10,050 nucleotides of DNA, from the NCBI GenBank assembly GCA_041640655.1, contig JBEPZV010000070.1, positions 1 to 10,050 of the forward strand, given 5' to 3'. The notes under the pieces were generated by a model that searched no databases, was not told the origin of the DNA, and saw only the letters and a list, made by a program, of their open reading frames with translations. The DNA comes from a bacterium. GTDB taxonomy: Bacteria; Acidobacteriota; Blastocatellia; HR10. How positions within the stretch are numbered: position 1 is the stretch's first letter; each line of letters begins with the position of its first letter. The translations under genes were made by a program, and so were the position numbers. Positions 1-7,748 of this stretch are shown here, in pieces.

Positions 1-42
1 ACAACCGATCGCCGCGCACGGCCGCGCGCGATGAACGGTTGC

Positions 43-80
43 CAGGGAGCTCCACGTCGGATGGGATGTGGAGCTCCCTG
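43..80. terminator. Strong stem-loop 20 bp downstream of the S9 peptidase stop; possible terminator or 3' stabilising hairpin
   Basis: Perfect 13-bp inverted repeat CAGGGAGCTCCAC (43-55) / GTGGAGCTCCCTG (68-80). On the + strand it extends 3 more pairs, including one G-U. There is no U-tract on either side, so it is not a canonical intrinsic terminator. Confidence 0.55.
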
Positions 81-100
81 CCCGAAAGCCGGCGCGTCGT

Positions 101-2236
101 TCAGGGCTGGCTCCCTTTCAAGAAGCGATCGAAGAAATCGGCCGCCGCTCGGTACGCCCGAATCCAATTTCGGTGCAGCAGGAAGTCGTGCACCTCATCG
201 GGGAAGATGAGCTGCTCGACATGCGCTTTGCCCTCGGCGCGCAATCGCTGGATGAGATCGGTCGTCTCGATGAAGTCCACGTTGCGGTCGTCATCGCCGT
301 GGATGAAGAGGACCGGAGAGTACCAGAAGCGGACCGAGGCCACGGGTGAGGATTCCCAGGCCAAGCGCATGAGGTCTTGGCCCTGAATGCCCCAGCCGCC
401 GCCTCCTTCGCGCAGGCGCGCGCGCAACGACCAATCATGCACCCCGTGCAGATCCACCCCCGCGGCGAACAGGTCGGAATTCCGCGCCAGGCCGAGCGCC
501 GTCAGATACCCGCCGTAGGAGCCACCCCAGAGCCCGATCTTGTGCGGATCCACTTCAGGACGCCGCTGGAGATATTTCGCTGCTGCGACCACGTCCTGGT
601 ATTCCGAAGCACCGCGCGGCCCTTGATGCGGCGCCAGGCGAAATGCGCGCCCGTATCCGATGCCCGAGCGGAAGTTCACCGACAGGACGACATAGCCCTG
701 ACTGGCCAGATACTGATTGAACCCGTAAGCGCGGTGGTAATACCCGCGCGGGTGCCATCCGAGGAGCATCTGTCGAATCGGCCCCCCATGCAGGAAGATC
801 ACCGCCGGTCGCCGATCGCCCGCTCGCGCAGTGGGCGGCAGAAAGAGCTGACAGTGAATGGAGAGCCCATCCGGGGCCTTCACGATCACCGGCTGTGGCT
901 CTACCAGATGCTGTTCGGGGAAGTCGCGGGGAATTGCTTCTGGAGCGATCCATCGCACGCTGGCCGTGTGTTCCTCCACCCGTGCCGGAGCCGCTGGTCG
1001 TCGAGCCGTGGACGCGAGACAGAGGATGTACCGTCGTTCAGCCGTGATGACCGGACTCCATTCAATACCGGTGCCGCGCGTGAGCGGTCGCAGCCCCGTC
1101 CCGTCCACATTCACTTGCCAGAGATGACGACGGTCGATGTCGTCCTGATTGGAATTGAAGACGATCACGCGGCCGTCGGGCGAGAGCGTGGAATCCTCCA
1201 CCTCGAATTCGCCGGGCGTCAGGACGGTCTCCTTCCCACCGCTGACGGGGACCGAGTAAAGATGCATCCACCCCTCGTGCTCGGAATAGAAGACGAGGCG
1301 GTCCGAGGCCGCCCAGCGCAGCGGCTCCGCCGGATAGGTCTGCGCGAATCCCGCCGTCGCATTGGGCGAAGTCCACACCAGACGCGCCTCGCCCGTCTCC
1401 ACATCGGCGACGTAGAGAGAAAACGGCAGCTCCCACTCGCGCGTGCGTGGAGGGTCGGCCATCGCTCCGGGGATACGAATGAATGCCACGCGTCGGCCAT
1501 CAGGCGACCACACGGGTTCTCGATCCCGATCCACGGAGGGCGCGATCCACGTGATCTGCTTCCGCTCGAGATCGAAGACGCCGATGAAGCTGTGATCTCC
1601 CCGCGCGCTGATGAACGCCAGCTTCGCCCCATCGGGCGACCATACGGGCGATCCGTTTCGCCCACGCGCTTCGAAGAGCGGGCGCTCGCGCTCCCCTCCC
1701 GTGAGCGGCACGACGAAGATACGCCCGCGCCGCTCGAAGGCGACCAGATCTCCGCGCGGCGAGATGCGCGGGTTGCTGCCCTCGGCGATCTCCCAGGTCT
1801 TCCCGTCTGCTACGCGCACGGCCATGATGAGCTGTCGCGCGCCGCGCGGATCGCTCGTCGGATTCGGCACCTCACCCTCGCGATTGGGCGGGCCGCCGCG
1901 CACGTAGACGATGACCGAGCCATCCGGGCTGAAGACCAGTTGGCTGAGCTCCTGCCCGTCATCCTCGGTGTAGGCCGTGACCTGCCGCGCTTTGAAGTCA
2001 GGCCCATCGGCCACCCAGATGTTGCGTCGCCCCTGCGCGTTGAAGACCCAGGCGACGCGGTCCCCCCGGGGCGCCGCGATGAGATTGGACGGGAATGGTG
2101 CACTCAGCACAGCTTCGATCGAAAAGGGCCGATCCTTCTCCTGAACCCGCGGTGCAGCGATCCCCACCGGCAGTCCCGCCACGATGATGAGCGCACAGAA
2201 GGCGATGATCCCGAGTTCGAAGACCCTCTGCTTCAT
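101..2236 (-). CDS. Exported S9 family (prolyl oligopeptidase / dipeptidyl- or acylaminoacyl-peptidase-like) serine peptidase with N-terminal TolB/PD40-like beta-propeller
   Basis: 711 aa. N-terminus looks like a signal peptide (MKQRVFELGIIAFCALIIVAGLPVGIAA). Repeated (W/F)SPDG propeller motifs, FLHGGP, nucleophile GGSYGG (509-526), Asp in HGDDDRNV and His in DEVHDF give the S-D-H order of S9. RBS GAGGAGGGGG at 2241-2250. Confidence 0.95.
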   Translation of the reverse strand: MKQRVFELGIIAFCALIIVAGLPVGIAAPRVQEKDRPFSIEAVLSAPFPSNLIAAPRGDRVAWVFNAQGRRNIWVADGPDFKARQVTAYTEDDGQELSQLVFSPDGSVIVYVRGGPPNREGEVPNPTSDPRGARQLIMAVRVADGKTWEIAEGSNPRISPRGDLVAFERRGRIFVVPLTGGERERPLFEARGRNGSPVWSPDGAKLAFISARGDHSFIGVFDLERKQITWIAPSVDRDREPVWSPDGRRVAFIRIPGAMADPPRTREWELPFSLYVADVETGEARLVWTSPNATAGFAQTYPAEPLRWAASDRLVFYSEHEGWMHLYSVPVSGGKETVLTPGEFEVEDSTLSPDGRVIVFNSNQDDIDRRHLWQVNVDGTGLRPLTRGTGIEWSPVITAERRYILCLASTARRPAAPARVEEHTASVRWIAPEAIPRDFPEQHLVEPQPVIVKAPDGLSIHCQLFLPPTARAGDRRPAVIFLHGGPIRQMLLGWHPRGYYHRAYGFNQYLASQGYVVLSVNFRSGIGYGRAFRLAPHQGPRGASEYQDVVAAAKYLQRRPEVDPHKIGLWGGSYGGYLTALGLARNSDLFAAGVDLHGVHDWSLRARLREGGGGWGIQGQDLMRLAWESSPVASVRFWYSPVLFIHGDDDRNVDFIETTDLIQRLRAEGKAHVEQLIFPDEVHDFLLHRNWIRAYRAAADFFDRFLKGSQP

Positions 2237-2262
2237 CTCTCCCCCTCCTCATTGGCGAGGTA

Positions 2263-2285
2263 TGACGCGCCACCATTGACGCGCC
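2263..2285. repeat. Direct repeat TGACGCGCC x2, 14-bp period; candidate regulator site
   Basis: TGACGCGCC at 2263-2271 and 2277-2285, between the predicted promoter and RBS of the S9 gene. A partial TGACGCC occurs at 2371-2377. The repeat is seen directly; its function is inferred. Confidence 0.4.
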
Positions 2286-2310
2286 TGGTCTTTCTCCGAC
2301 ATCGGGCGCA

Positions 2311-2340
2311 ATGTTAGTTGTGCCGCACGCTCAGGGTCAA
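2311..2340 (-). promoter_or_regulatory. Putative sigma70-type promoter of the S9 peptidase gene
   Basis: Minus strand reads TTGACC (2340-2335) - 18 nt - TAACAT (2316-2311). The -35 matches TTGACA at 5/6 and the -10 fits TAnnnT. It lies about 75 bp upstream of the start at 2236. Confidence 0.55.
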
Positions 2341-2376
2341 GATGCGCGCGCTCTCGGACTGGAAGGAGGCTGACGC

Positions 2377-2393
2377 CAGGATGTAACATCCTG
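2377..2393. promoter_or_regulatory. Perfect 8-1-8 palindrome CAGGATGT-A-ACATCCTG; candidate operator
   Basis: Inverted repeat with a 1-nt centre, too tight for an RNA hairpin and typical of a dimeric DNA-binding protein site. It lies in the divergent intergenic region. Confidence 0.5.
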
Positions 2394-2408
2394 CGGGCCT
2401 GGAGCGTA
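2382..2408 (+). promoter_or_regulatory. Putative ECF-sigma promoter for the iorA-iorB-hydrolase operon
   Basis: TGTAAC (2382-2387) - 17 nt - CGTA (2405-2408). This fits the general ECF pattern of AAC in the -35 and CGT in the -10 (compare B. subtilis SigX/SigW promoters). It lies about 50 bp upstream of ATG 2457. Confidence 0.5.
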
Positions 2409-2456
2409 TCTTGCGAACGAAGGCCGGAATCACGGGAGAGCTGAGGAGGTCGGATC

Positions 2457-2936
2457 ATGCGCGAGGTCATTGAGCTGCACGTCAACGGTGTCCGGCACCG
2501 CCTGGAGGTGGAGCCCAATCGCAGCTTGCTCAGCGTGCTGCGCGAGGAGCTGGACCTGACCGGCACCAAGTACGGCTGCGGCGAAGGGCAATGCGGCGCG
2601 TGCACCGTGCTCGTCGCCGGGCGGGCCATGCGCTCGTGCACGACGCCGGTGCATCTGGTCGCCGGTCGTTCGATCACCACCATCGAAGGCCTGGCCCGCG
2701 ACGGACGCCTGCATCCCCTTCAAGAGGCGTTTCTCGAAGTCGGAGCCCTACAATGCGGCTATTGCACGCCCGGCATGCTCATGTCCGGCGTGGCGCTGTT
2801 GAACGCCAATCCCGATCCGAGCGAGGCCGAGATCATCCGCTTCATGAACGGCAATATCTGCCGATGCGGGACTTACGGACGCATCGTGCGGGCGATTCAA
2901 CGAGCGGCCCAAAAGATGAAGGAGGCGCGGCGATGA
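2457..2936 (+). CDS. iorA: (2Fe-2S)-binding small subunit of xanthine dehydrogenase-family Mo-hydroxylase (IorA/CoxS-like)
   Basis: 159 aa with GTKYGCGEGQCGACTV...SC, QCGYCTPG and GNICRCGTY, the two [2Fe-2S] cysteine sets of this family. RBS GAGGAGG lies just upstream. The symbol is assigned at family level only. Confidence 0.95.
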   Translation: MREVIELHVNGVRHRLEVEPNRSLLSVLREELDLTGTKYGCGEGQCGACTVLVAGRAMRSCTTPVHLVAGRSITTIEGLARDGRLHPLQEAFLEVGALQCGYCTPGMLMSGVALLNANPDPSEAEIIRFMNGNICRCGTYGRIVRAIQRAAQKMKEARR

Positions 2937-5155
2937 GAGACGATCTTTGGCACGACTTCTCGACGCTCTCGATGGAGCCGGCAGCATACGAGTTGTTCGC
3001 CACCTCGGTGCCCGAAGGAGCGAGCGATTCCACTGGGAAGCTCCCGCTTTCGCTGACGCGCCGCCAATTCTGTCAGGCGCTCGGAGCGGGGGTGCTCGTC
3101 CTTTTGCTCCGAGACGTCCGCGCCGTGCAGGAATCGGGCGGAGGACGGCGCGCGGAGGCCCCCTCTATGCCGCGGGAGATCGGCGCGTGGCTACATATCG
3201 CGGATGATGGGCGCGTGACCGTCTACACCGGAAAGGTCGAAGTCGGGCAGAACATTCGGACCTCGCTCACGCAAGTGGTCGCCGAGGAGCTGCGCGTACC
3301 GATGGAGCGCATTCATCTGGTCATGGGGGATACGGACCTGACGCCGTTTGACATGGGGACGTTTGGGAGCCGGACGACGCCCGTGATGGCTGCGCATCTT
3401 CGCCGCGTGGCGGCGGCCACGCGCGAATTGCTCCTGGACCTGGCCGCGGAACAGTGGCAGGTGGCGCGCGCGACGCTTCAAATCGAAGCGGGGGTGGTTC
3501 GACATGCTGCCACCGGTCGCTCGCTCGACATCGGACGTCTGGTTCGAGGTCAGCGCCTCACCCGCGCGATCCCTCAGGAGGTTCCGCTCACCCCTCCGCA
3601 GCAGTGGCGGATCATGGGCACTTCCGTTCCCAAAGTCAACGGACGCGCGTTCGTCACCGGCGAGCATCGATACACGTCTGACCTGAAGCTGCCGGGCATG
3701 CTCTACGGGAAGGTCTTGCGACCGCCGGCTTTCGGAGCGAGGCTCGTCTCGGTAGACACGCGCGATGCTGAGGCCATGCCCGGCGTCCTCGTCGTGCGCG
3801 AGGGAGACTTCGTGGGCGTCGCGGCGCCGAGCCCTGAGCACGCGGCGCGCGCGCTCGCTGCCATTCGCGCGGAGTGGAAGAGGACGCCGCAGCCCTCTAG
3901 CCGTGAAATCTTCGCCTATCTGAAGGCGCATGAGGTCGAGGCTCAAGGGTGGGAGGGGCGCTCCCGATATGTCGTGGGCTCCATCTCCGAGGGGCTGCAG
4001 ATCGCAGAGAGGCGCTTCGAGCAAACATATACGGTCGCCTATATCGCCCATGCGCCACTGGAACCGCGCGCTGCTGTCGCTGAATGGAAAGACGGACGCT
4101 TGACGGTGTGGACGGGAACGCAACGCCCCTTCGGCGTGCGCAGCGAATTGGCTCGCGCCTTCGGCGTGCCCGAAGACCACGTGCGCGTGATCGTACCCGA
4201 TACGGGCTCCGGGTACGGGGGGAAGCATACGGGTGAGGCCGCCCTTGAGGCCGCGCGGCTGGCCAAAGCCGCGGGCCGACCTGTCAAGGTCGTCTGGACG
4301 CGCGAGGAGGAGTTCACGTGGGCCTATTTCCGCCCGGCTGGCGTGATCGAAGTCCGCAGCGGCGTGAAGACCGACGGGACAATCACCGCCTGGGAATTCC
4401 ACAACTACAACTCCGGCGCCGCCGCCATTCGCACCCCCTACGCGATCCCGAACCAATGGATTGAATTCCATCCCACGCGTTCGCCCTTGCGTCAGGGGTC
4501 TTATCGCGCGCTCGCCGCCACGGCCAATCATTTCGCGCGTGAGACGGCAATGGATGAACTGGCTCACCTGGTGGGGATGGATCCGCTGGAGTTCCGGTTG
4601 AAGAACCTGAAGGACGAACGATTGCGCGCAGTGCTCGAAGCGGCCGCGCATCGCTTCGGCTGGGGGCGGACAAAGGCCGCACCTGATCGCGGGGTGGGAC
4701 TAGCGGCCGGATTCGAGAAAGGGGGATATGTGGCGACCTGCGCGGAGATCGCCGTGGATCGCGCGACGGGGGAGGTGAAAGTCCTGCGCGTCGTCACGGC
4801 CTTCGAGTGCGGCGCAATCCTCAATCCCGATCATCTCACCAACCAAATCGAAGGCGCGATCGTGATGGGCTTGGGGGGCGCCCTCTTCGAAGCCATCGAG
4901 TTCGAGAATGGCAAGATCCTCAACCCGCGCTTCTCGCGCTATCGCGTCCCTCGCTTCAGCGATCTCCCGCAGATTGACATCGTTCTGTTGGATCGTCGGG
5001 ACCTGCCTTCAGCCGGAGCGGGAGAGACCCCCATTGTGGGCATCGCTCCGGCGATCGGGAACGCGATCTTTCACGCAACCGGGGTGCGGTTGCGATCGCT
5101 TCCCCTGGTGCCCAACGGGTTGAAGGGGGAAGCTCGCCTTCATCGAGGAGAGTGA
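2933..5155 (+). CDS. iorB: Molybdopterin-binding large subunit, isoquinoline 1-oxidoreductase beta (IorB)-like aldehyde/N-heterocycle oxidoreductase with twin-arginine motif
   Basis: Start reassigned from the ORF-track 2591 to ATG 2933: it forms an ATGA overlap with the iorA stop and follows AAGGAGG (2919-2925), giving 740 aa. Motifs: TRRQFCQALGAGVLVLL; WLHIADDGRVTVYTGKVEVGQNIRTSLTQVVAEEL and GTFGSRT near the N-terminus (IorB-type domain order); HAPLEP; GSGYGGK; NQIEGAIVMGLGGALFE; GAGETP (catalytic Glu). Substrate unknown. Confidence 0.93.
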   Translation: MRDDLWHDFSTLSMEPAAYELFATSVPEGASDSTGKLPLSLTRRQFCQALGAGVLVLLLRDVRAVQESGGGRRAEAPSMPREIGAWLHIADDGRVTVYTGKVEVGQNIRTSLTQVVAEELRVPMERIHLVMGDTDLTPFDMGTFGSRTTPVMAAHLRRVAAATRELLLDLAAEQWQVARATLQIEAGVVRHAATGRSLDIGRLVRGQRLTRAIPQEVPLTPPQQWRIMGTSVPKVNGRAFVTGEHRYTSDLKLPGMLYGKVLRPPAFGARLVSVDTRDAEAMPGVLVVREGDFVGVAAPSPEHAARALAAIRAEWKRTPQPSSREIFAYLKAHEVEAQGWEGRSRYVVGSISEGLQIAERRFEQTYTVAYIAHAPLEPRAAVAEWKDGRLTVWTGTQRPFGVRSELARAFGVPEDHVRVIVPDTGSGYGGKHTGEAALEAARLAKAAGRPVKVVWTREEEFTWAYFRPAGVIEVRSGVKTDGTITAWEFHNYNSGAAAIRTPYAIPNQWIEFHPTRSPLRQGSYRALAATANHFARETAMDELAHLVGMDPLEFRLKNLKDERLRAVLEAAAHRFGWGRTKAAPDRGVGLAAGFEKGGYVATCAEIAVDRATGEVKVLRVVTAFECGAILNPDHLTNQIEGAIVMGLGGALFEAIEFENGKILNPRFSRYRVPRFSDLPQIDIVLLDRRDLPSAGAGETPIVGIAPAIGNAIFHATGVRLRSLPLVPNGLKGEARLHRGE

Positions 5156-5193
5156 GGGCGAGAGGAAGACTGCGCATCTTGGGGAGGAGGAAG

Positions 5194-6021
5194 ATGATGA
5201 AGAAGCGACCGATCCTCACCCTCGCGCCGTCGGTACTCGTCCTCTTGAGCCTCGGGAACTTCCCGGCTTCTCATCCGGCTCAAGAGTGGGCGCGACGGCG
5301 GCTGGAAGCGTCGCCGCGCCATCAGGAGTGGGTCACCATCACGCGCGAGAAACGTGTGGTTCACGCGTTCGTCGTTTATCCCGAGGTCAAGACGAAGACA
5401 CCGGCGATCATCGTCATTCATGAGAATCGTGGCCTGACCGATTGGGTGCGGGGCGTGGCCGATCAACTGGCCGAAGCGGGATATATCGCCATCGCTCCCG
5501 ATTTGCTCTCGGGCATGGCGCCCAGCGGAGGGCGGACGAGCGACTTCCCCTCGGAGGACGCCGCTCGCGAAGCGATCTCGAAGCTGCCGCCGGACCAAAT
5601 CCTGGCGGATTTGGACGCCGTCGCCGACTACGCTGCGCGATTGCCGGCGTGTAATGGGAAGGTCGCCGTAGCCGGATTTTGCTGGGGCGGAAGCCAAGCC
5701 TTCCGCTTCGCCACACACCGTGTGGATCTGGCGGCCGCTTTCGTCTTCTACGGCACGGGGCCGCGGGATCGAGAGCGCCTGGCGCGCATTCGCTGTCCCG
5801 TCTACGGATTTTACGGCGGCAATGATGCGCGGGTGACGGCGACCGTGCCGGAGACCGCTGACCTGATGCGACAACTGGGCAAGACGTTTGAGCCCGTCAC
5901 CTACGAGGGCGCTGGGCATGGATTCATGCGCACGGGAGAAGAGCCCAATCCCGCAGAGGCGAACCGAAGAGCACGCGATCACGCCTGGGCCCGCTGGAGG
6001 GAGTTGCTCAAGAAACTCTGA
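5194..6021 (+). CDS. Exported dienelactone hydrolase family protein (carboxymethylenebutenolidase-like alpha/beta hydrolase)
   Basis: IVIHENRGL, GYIAIAPDL, nucleophile Cys in GFCWGG, Asp in GGNDARV and His in GAGHGF. The likely start is ATG 5194 (or 5197) after GGAGGAGG (5183-5190), which yields a signal-like MMKKRPILTLAPSVLVLLSLG. Confidence 0.92.
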   Translation: MMKKRPILTLAPSVLVLLSLGNFPASHPAQEWARRRLEASPRHQEWVTITREKRVVHAFVVYPEVKTKTPAIIVIHENRGLTDWVRGVADQLAEAGYIAIAPDLLSGMAPSGGRTSDFPSEDAAREAISKLPPDQILADLDAVADYAARLPACNGKVAVAGFCWGGSQAFRFATHRVDLAAAFVFYGTGPRDRERLARIRCPVYGFYGGNDARVTATVPETADLMRQLGKTFEPVTYEGAGHGFMRTGEEPNPAEANRRARDHAWARWRELLKKL

Positions 6022-6060
6022 GGTTGCGGCGATCATCTCGCGAGCTTTTGATCCACATCA

Positions 6061-6146
6061 AGCCCGCTTCGCGGGCTCGCGTGTCTCACCCATGGGCTCG
6101 CTCGCGCTCGCTCCAGACTCATCTCGAACGCCCGCGCGCGGGTTCG
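6061..6146. repeat. REP-like palindrome doublet in the spacer between convergent genes
   Basis: AGCCCGC-TTC-GCGGGCT (6061-6077) and a second, degenerate GCCCGC-GC-GCGGGT (6130-6143) flanked by CGAA/TTCG. A GCTCGCTCGCGCTCGCTC tract lies between them. Repeat status elsewhere in the genome cannot be seen from this window. Confidence 0.45.
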
Positions 6147-6170
6147 TGTGACCGAGAGGCGGAGCTGGCG

Positions 6171-7748
6171 TCAGCGAGTCTCCAATGCGCGTCCCAAGTG
6201 GGCCATGAGCACGGCGTAGATTTCGATCCCGTCCCAGAGATTTTGGATCCGAAGGTTCTCATTCGCTCCGTGTTGATTGTTGTCGTGGTTGACGATGGGC
6301 ACGCCGATGACGGGAACGCCGAGCAGCTCCTGGAAGAGATACATGGGGATGCTGCCTCCGAGCGTCGGCATCTTCACGATGGGCGCGCCGATGGCTTCTT
6401 CGATGAGGTGTACGAGCGCGCGCGAGACAGGCAAATCCATCGAGGTGCGCGCCGGCGGATACCCTGGCCCCCACGTGAGCCGCACGAGCTTCGGATATCG
6501 GCGCCGCTCGTCGAGACTCGGCGCGTGCGAGATGATCGTGAAGCCCTGACGGCGAAGGTACTCCTCCACGCGTCGGCGAACGCCGTCCGGCGTTTGGTTC
6601 GGCACGAGGCGGAAATCTATCGAAGCTGTCGCTTCCGTAGGGATGGCGTTCTGCGCCGTTTCGCCGACGTGCCCGGCGCGCAGCCCGCGCACGTTGAGCG
6701 CGGGCGCCATGATGAGTTCGACGAGGGATCGGCCCTCACCTTCGGACCAGGCGAGCCCCAGTTCATGCCGAAGCTGCGCATCTATATCCGGCGCTTCGGC
6801 GAGCGCGCGCCGTTCGCTCTCGGTGAGCGGGCGCACGTCATCATAGAATCCGGGAATGCGAATGCGTCCGTTCTCCTCGCGCAAACTCGCCAGCAGGTGC
6901 GCGAGGATGACCGCGGGATTCGGCGCCCAATTCCCGTAGTGGCCGCTGTGCAACGGGCGCGCGGGACCGTAGACGGTCAGCTCCAGATCCACGATCCCTC
7001 GCGCTCCGAAATAGACCTGCTGGCGCCGCGTCTGGTGCACGGGCCCATCGCACAGGACCCACGCGTCGGCCTTCAACCGATCGGCGTACTTCTCGAGGAG
7101 CGCACGAAGGTGAGGTGAGCCTGCCTCCTCTTCGCCCTCGAAGAAGAACTTGAGGTTCACGGAGGGCGGAATCTGGGCCGCGCGCAAAGCATCCAGGGCC
7201 ACCAGGAGCGCGAGGATCGGCGACTTATCATCGCTCGCCGAGCGCGCGTAGAGGCGCCATTCACCGGGAATCGGCGTGGGGATTAAGGACCACGGGACCT
7301 CGCGCCCCCCCTGTTCCAGCGGCGCATCGCGCAGAATTGGCGTCCAAGGGTCACTCGCCCATTGCGTGGGGTCTACCGGCTGGCCATCGAAGTGCGCGTA
7401 GAAGACGAGCGTATGTCGCGCATTCGGGACGAGGAATTCGCCGTAGACGGCCGGAGGGGCATCGCCCGCGGTGAGGATCTCCGCGCGGACGCCCCGCCGC
7501 TCGAGCATCGCGCGCAAGAATTCGGCATTTCGGCGAATGGCCTCTCGATCCGCCGCCAGATTGGGGATCGAGAGGAATTCGACCAGTTCGCGCAGGATTG
7601 TCCTCTCGTGAGCCAGCCGATACGTCCGCACGCGTTCGCGCGTGGCTTGCGGAGTTCGCTCTTCGGCCGACACACGTTGGCCCAGTGCGAAGTCGAGCAG
7701 AAGAAGGAAGAGCAGGATGAGTCTGCCCACCATCTCCCGATGCTTCAT
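6171..7748 (-). CDS. Exported M20/M25/M40 family metallopeptidase (dipeptidase/DapE-ArgE-like)
   Basis: 525 aa with metal and catalytic motifs YAHFDGQP, ARSASDDKS, EGEEEAGS, CDG, LHSGHYG, GGSIP and NQHGANE. N-terminus is hydrophobic and signal-like (MKHREMVGRLILLFLLLL). RBS GGAGGAG at 7754-7760. Confidence 0.94.
   Translation of the reverse strand: MKHREMVGRLILLFLLLLDFALGQRVSAEERTPQATRERVRTYRLAHERTILRELVEFLSIPNLAADREAIRRNAEFLRAMLERRGVRAEILTAGDAPPAVYGEFLVPNARHTLVFYAHFDGQPVDPTQWASDPWTPILRDAPLEQGGREVPWSLIPTPIPGEWRLYARSASDDKSPILALLVALDALRAAQIPPSVNLKFFFEGEEEAGSPHLRALLEKYADRLKADAWVLCDGPVHQTRRQQVYFGARGIVDLELTVYGPARPLHSGHYGNWAPNPAVILAHLLASLREENGRIRIPGFYDDVRPLTESERRALAEAPDIDAQLRHELGLAWSEGEGRSLVELIMAPALNVRGLRAGHVGETAQNAIPTEATASIDFRLVPNQTPDGVRRRVEEYLRRQGFTIISHAPSLDERRRYPKLVRLTWGPGYPPARTSMDLPVSRALVHLIEEAIGAPIVKMPTLGGSIPMYLFQELLGVPVIGVPIVNHDNNQHGANENLRIQNLWDGIEIYAVLMAHLGRALETR

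Noticed and set aside
2276..2305. TTGACG as a + strand sigma70 -35 for iorA
   Set aside because: No acceptable TAnnnT -10 lies at 16-18 nt spacing.
377..2317. 646-aa + strand ORF antisense to the first S9 gene (likewise 3191..4651, 5140..6036, 6024..7118 and 8386..9843)
   Set aside because: All five are exactly in codon register with the real gene on the opposite strand. This is expected when a GC-rich gene avoids TTA/CTA/TCA codons. The translations have no recognisable motifs.
2341..2456. Possible Moco riboswitch upstream of the molybdoenzyme operon
   Set aside because: Only a GGAAGGAGG-like purine run resembles the motif. I could not find the conserved CCGAG/CCUAA/GAAAC/GCCUCC elements in order. 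An Rfam scan would settle it.
2249..2723. Minus-strand ORFs 2249..2683 and 2430..2723, and the other short ORFs in the track
   Set aside because: They overlap well-supported genes and have no motifs or RBS support; typical shadows in GC-rich DNA.
2591..2932. ORF-track 114-aa N-terminal extension of the IorB-like protein
   Set aside because: It overlaps iorA out of frame and is low-complexity Arg-rich. ATG 2933 has a strong RBS and an ATGA overlap.
5152..5193. GTG 5152 start for the hydrolase (GTGA overlap with the iorB stop)
   Set aside because: The GAGGAG upstream is only 1 nt from the GTG. ATG 5194/5197 has a better-spaced GGAGGAGG and gives a normal signal peptide. Coupling from 5152 is not fully excluded.
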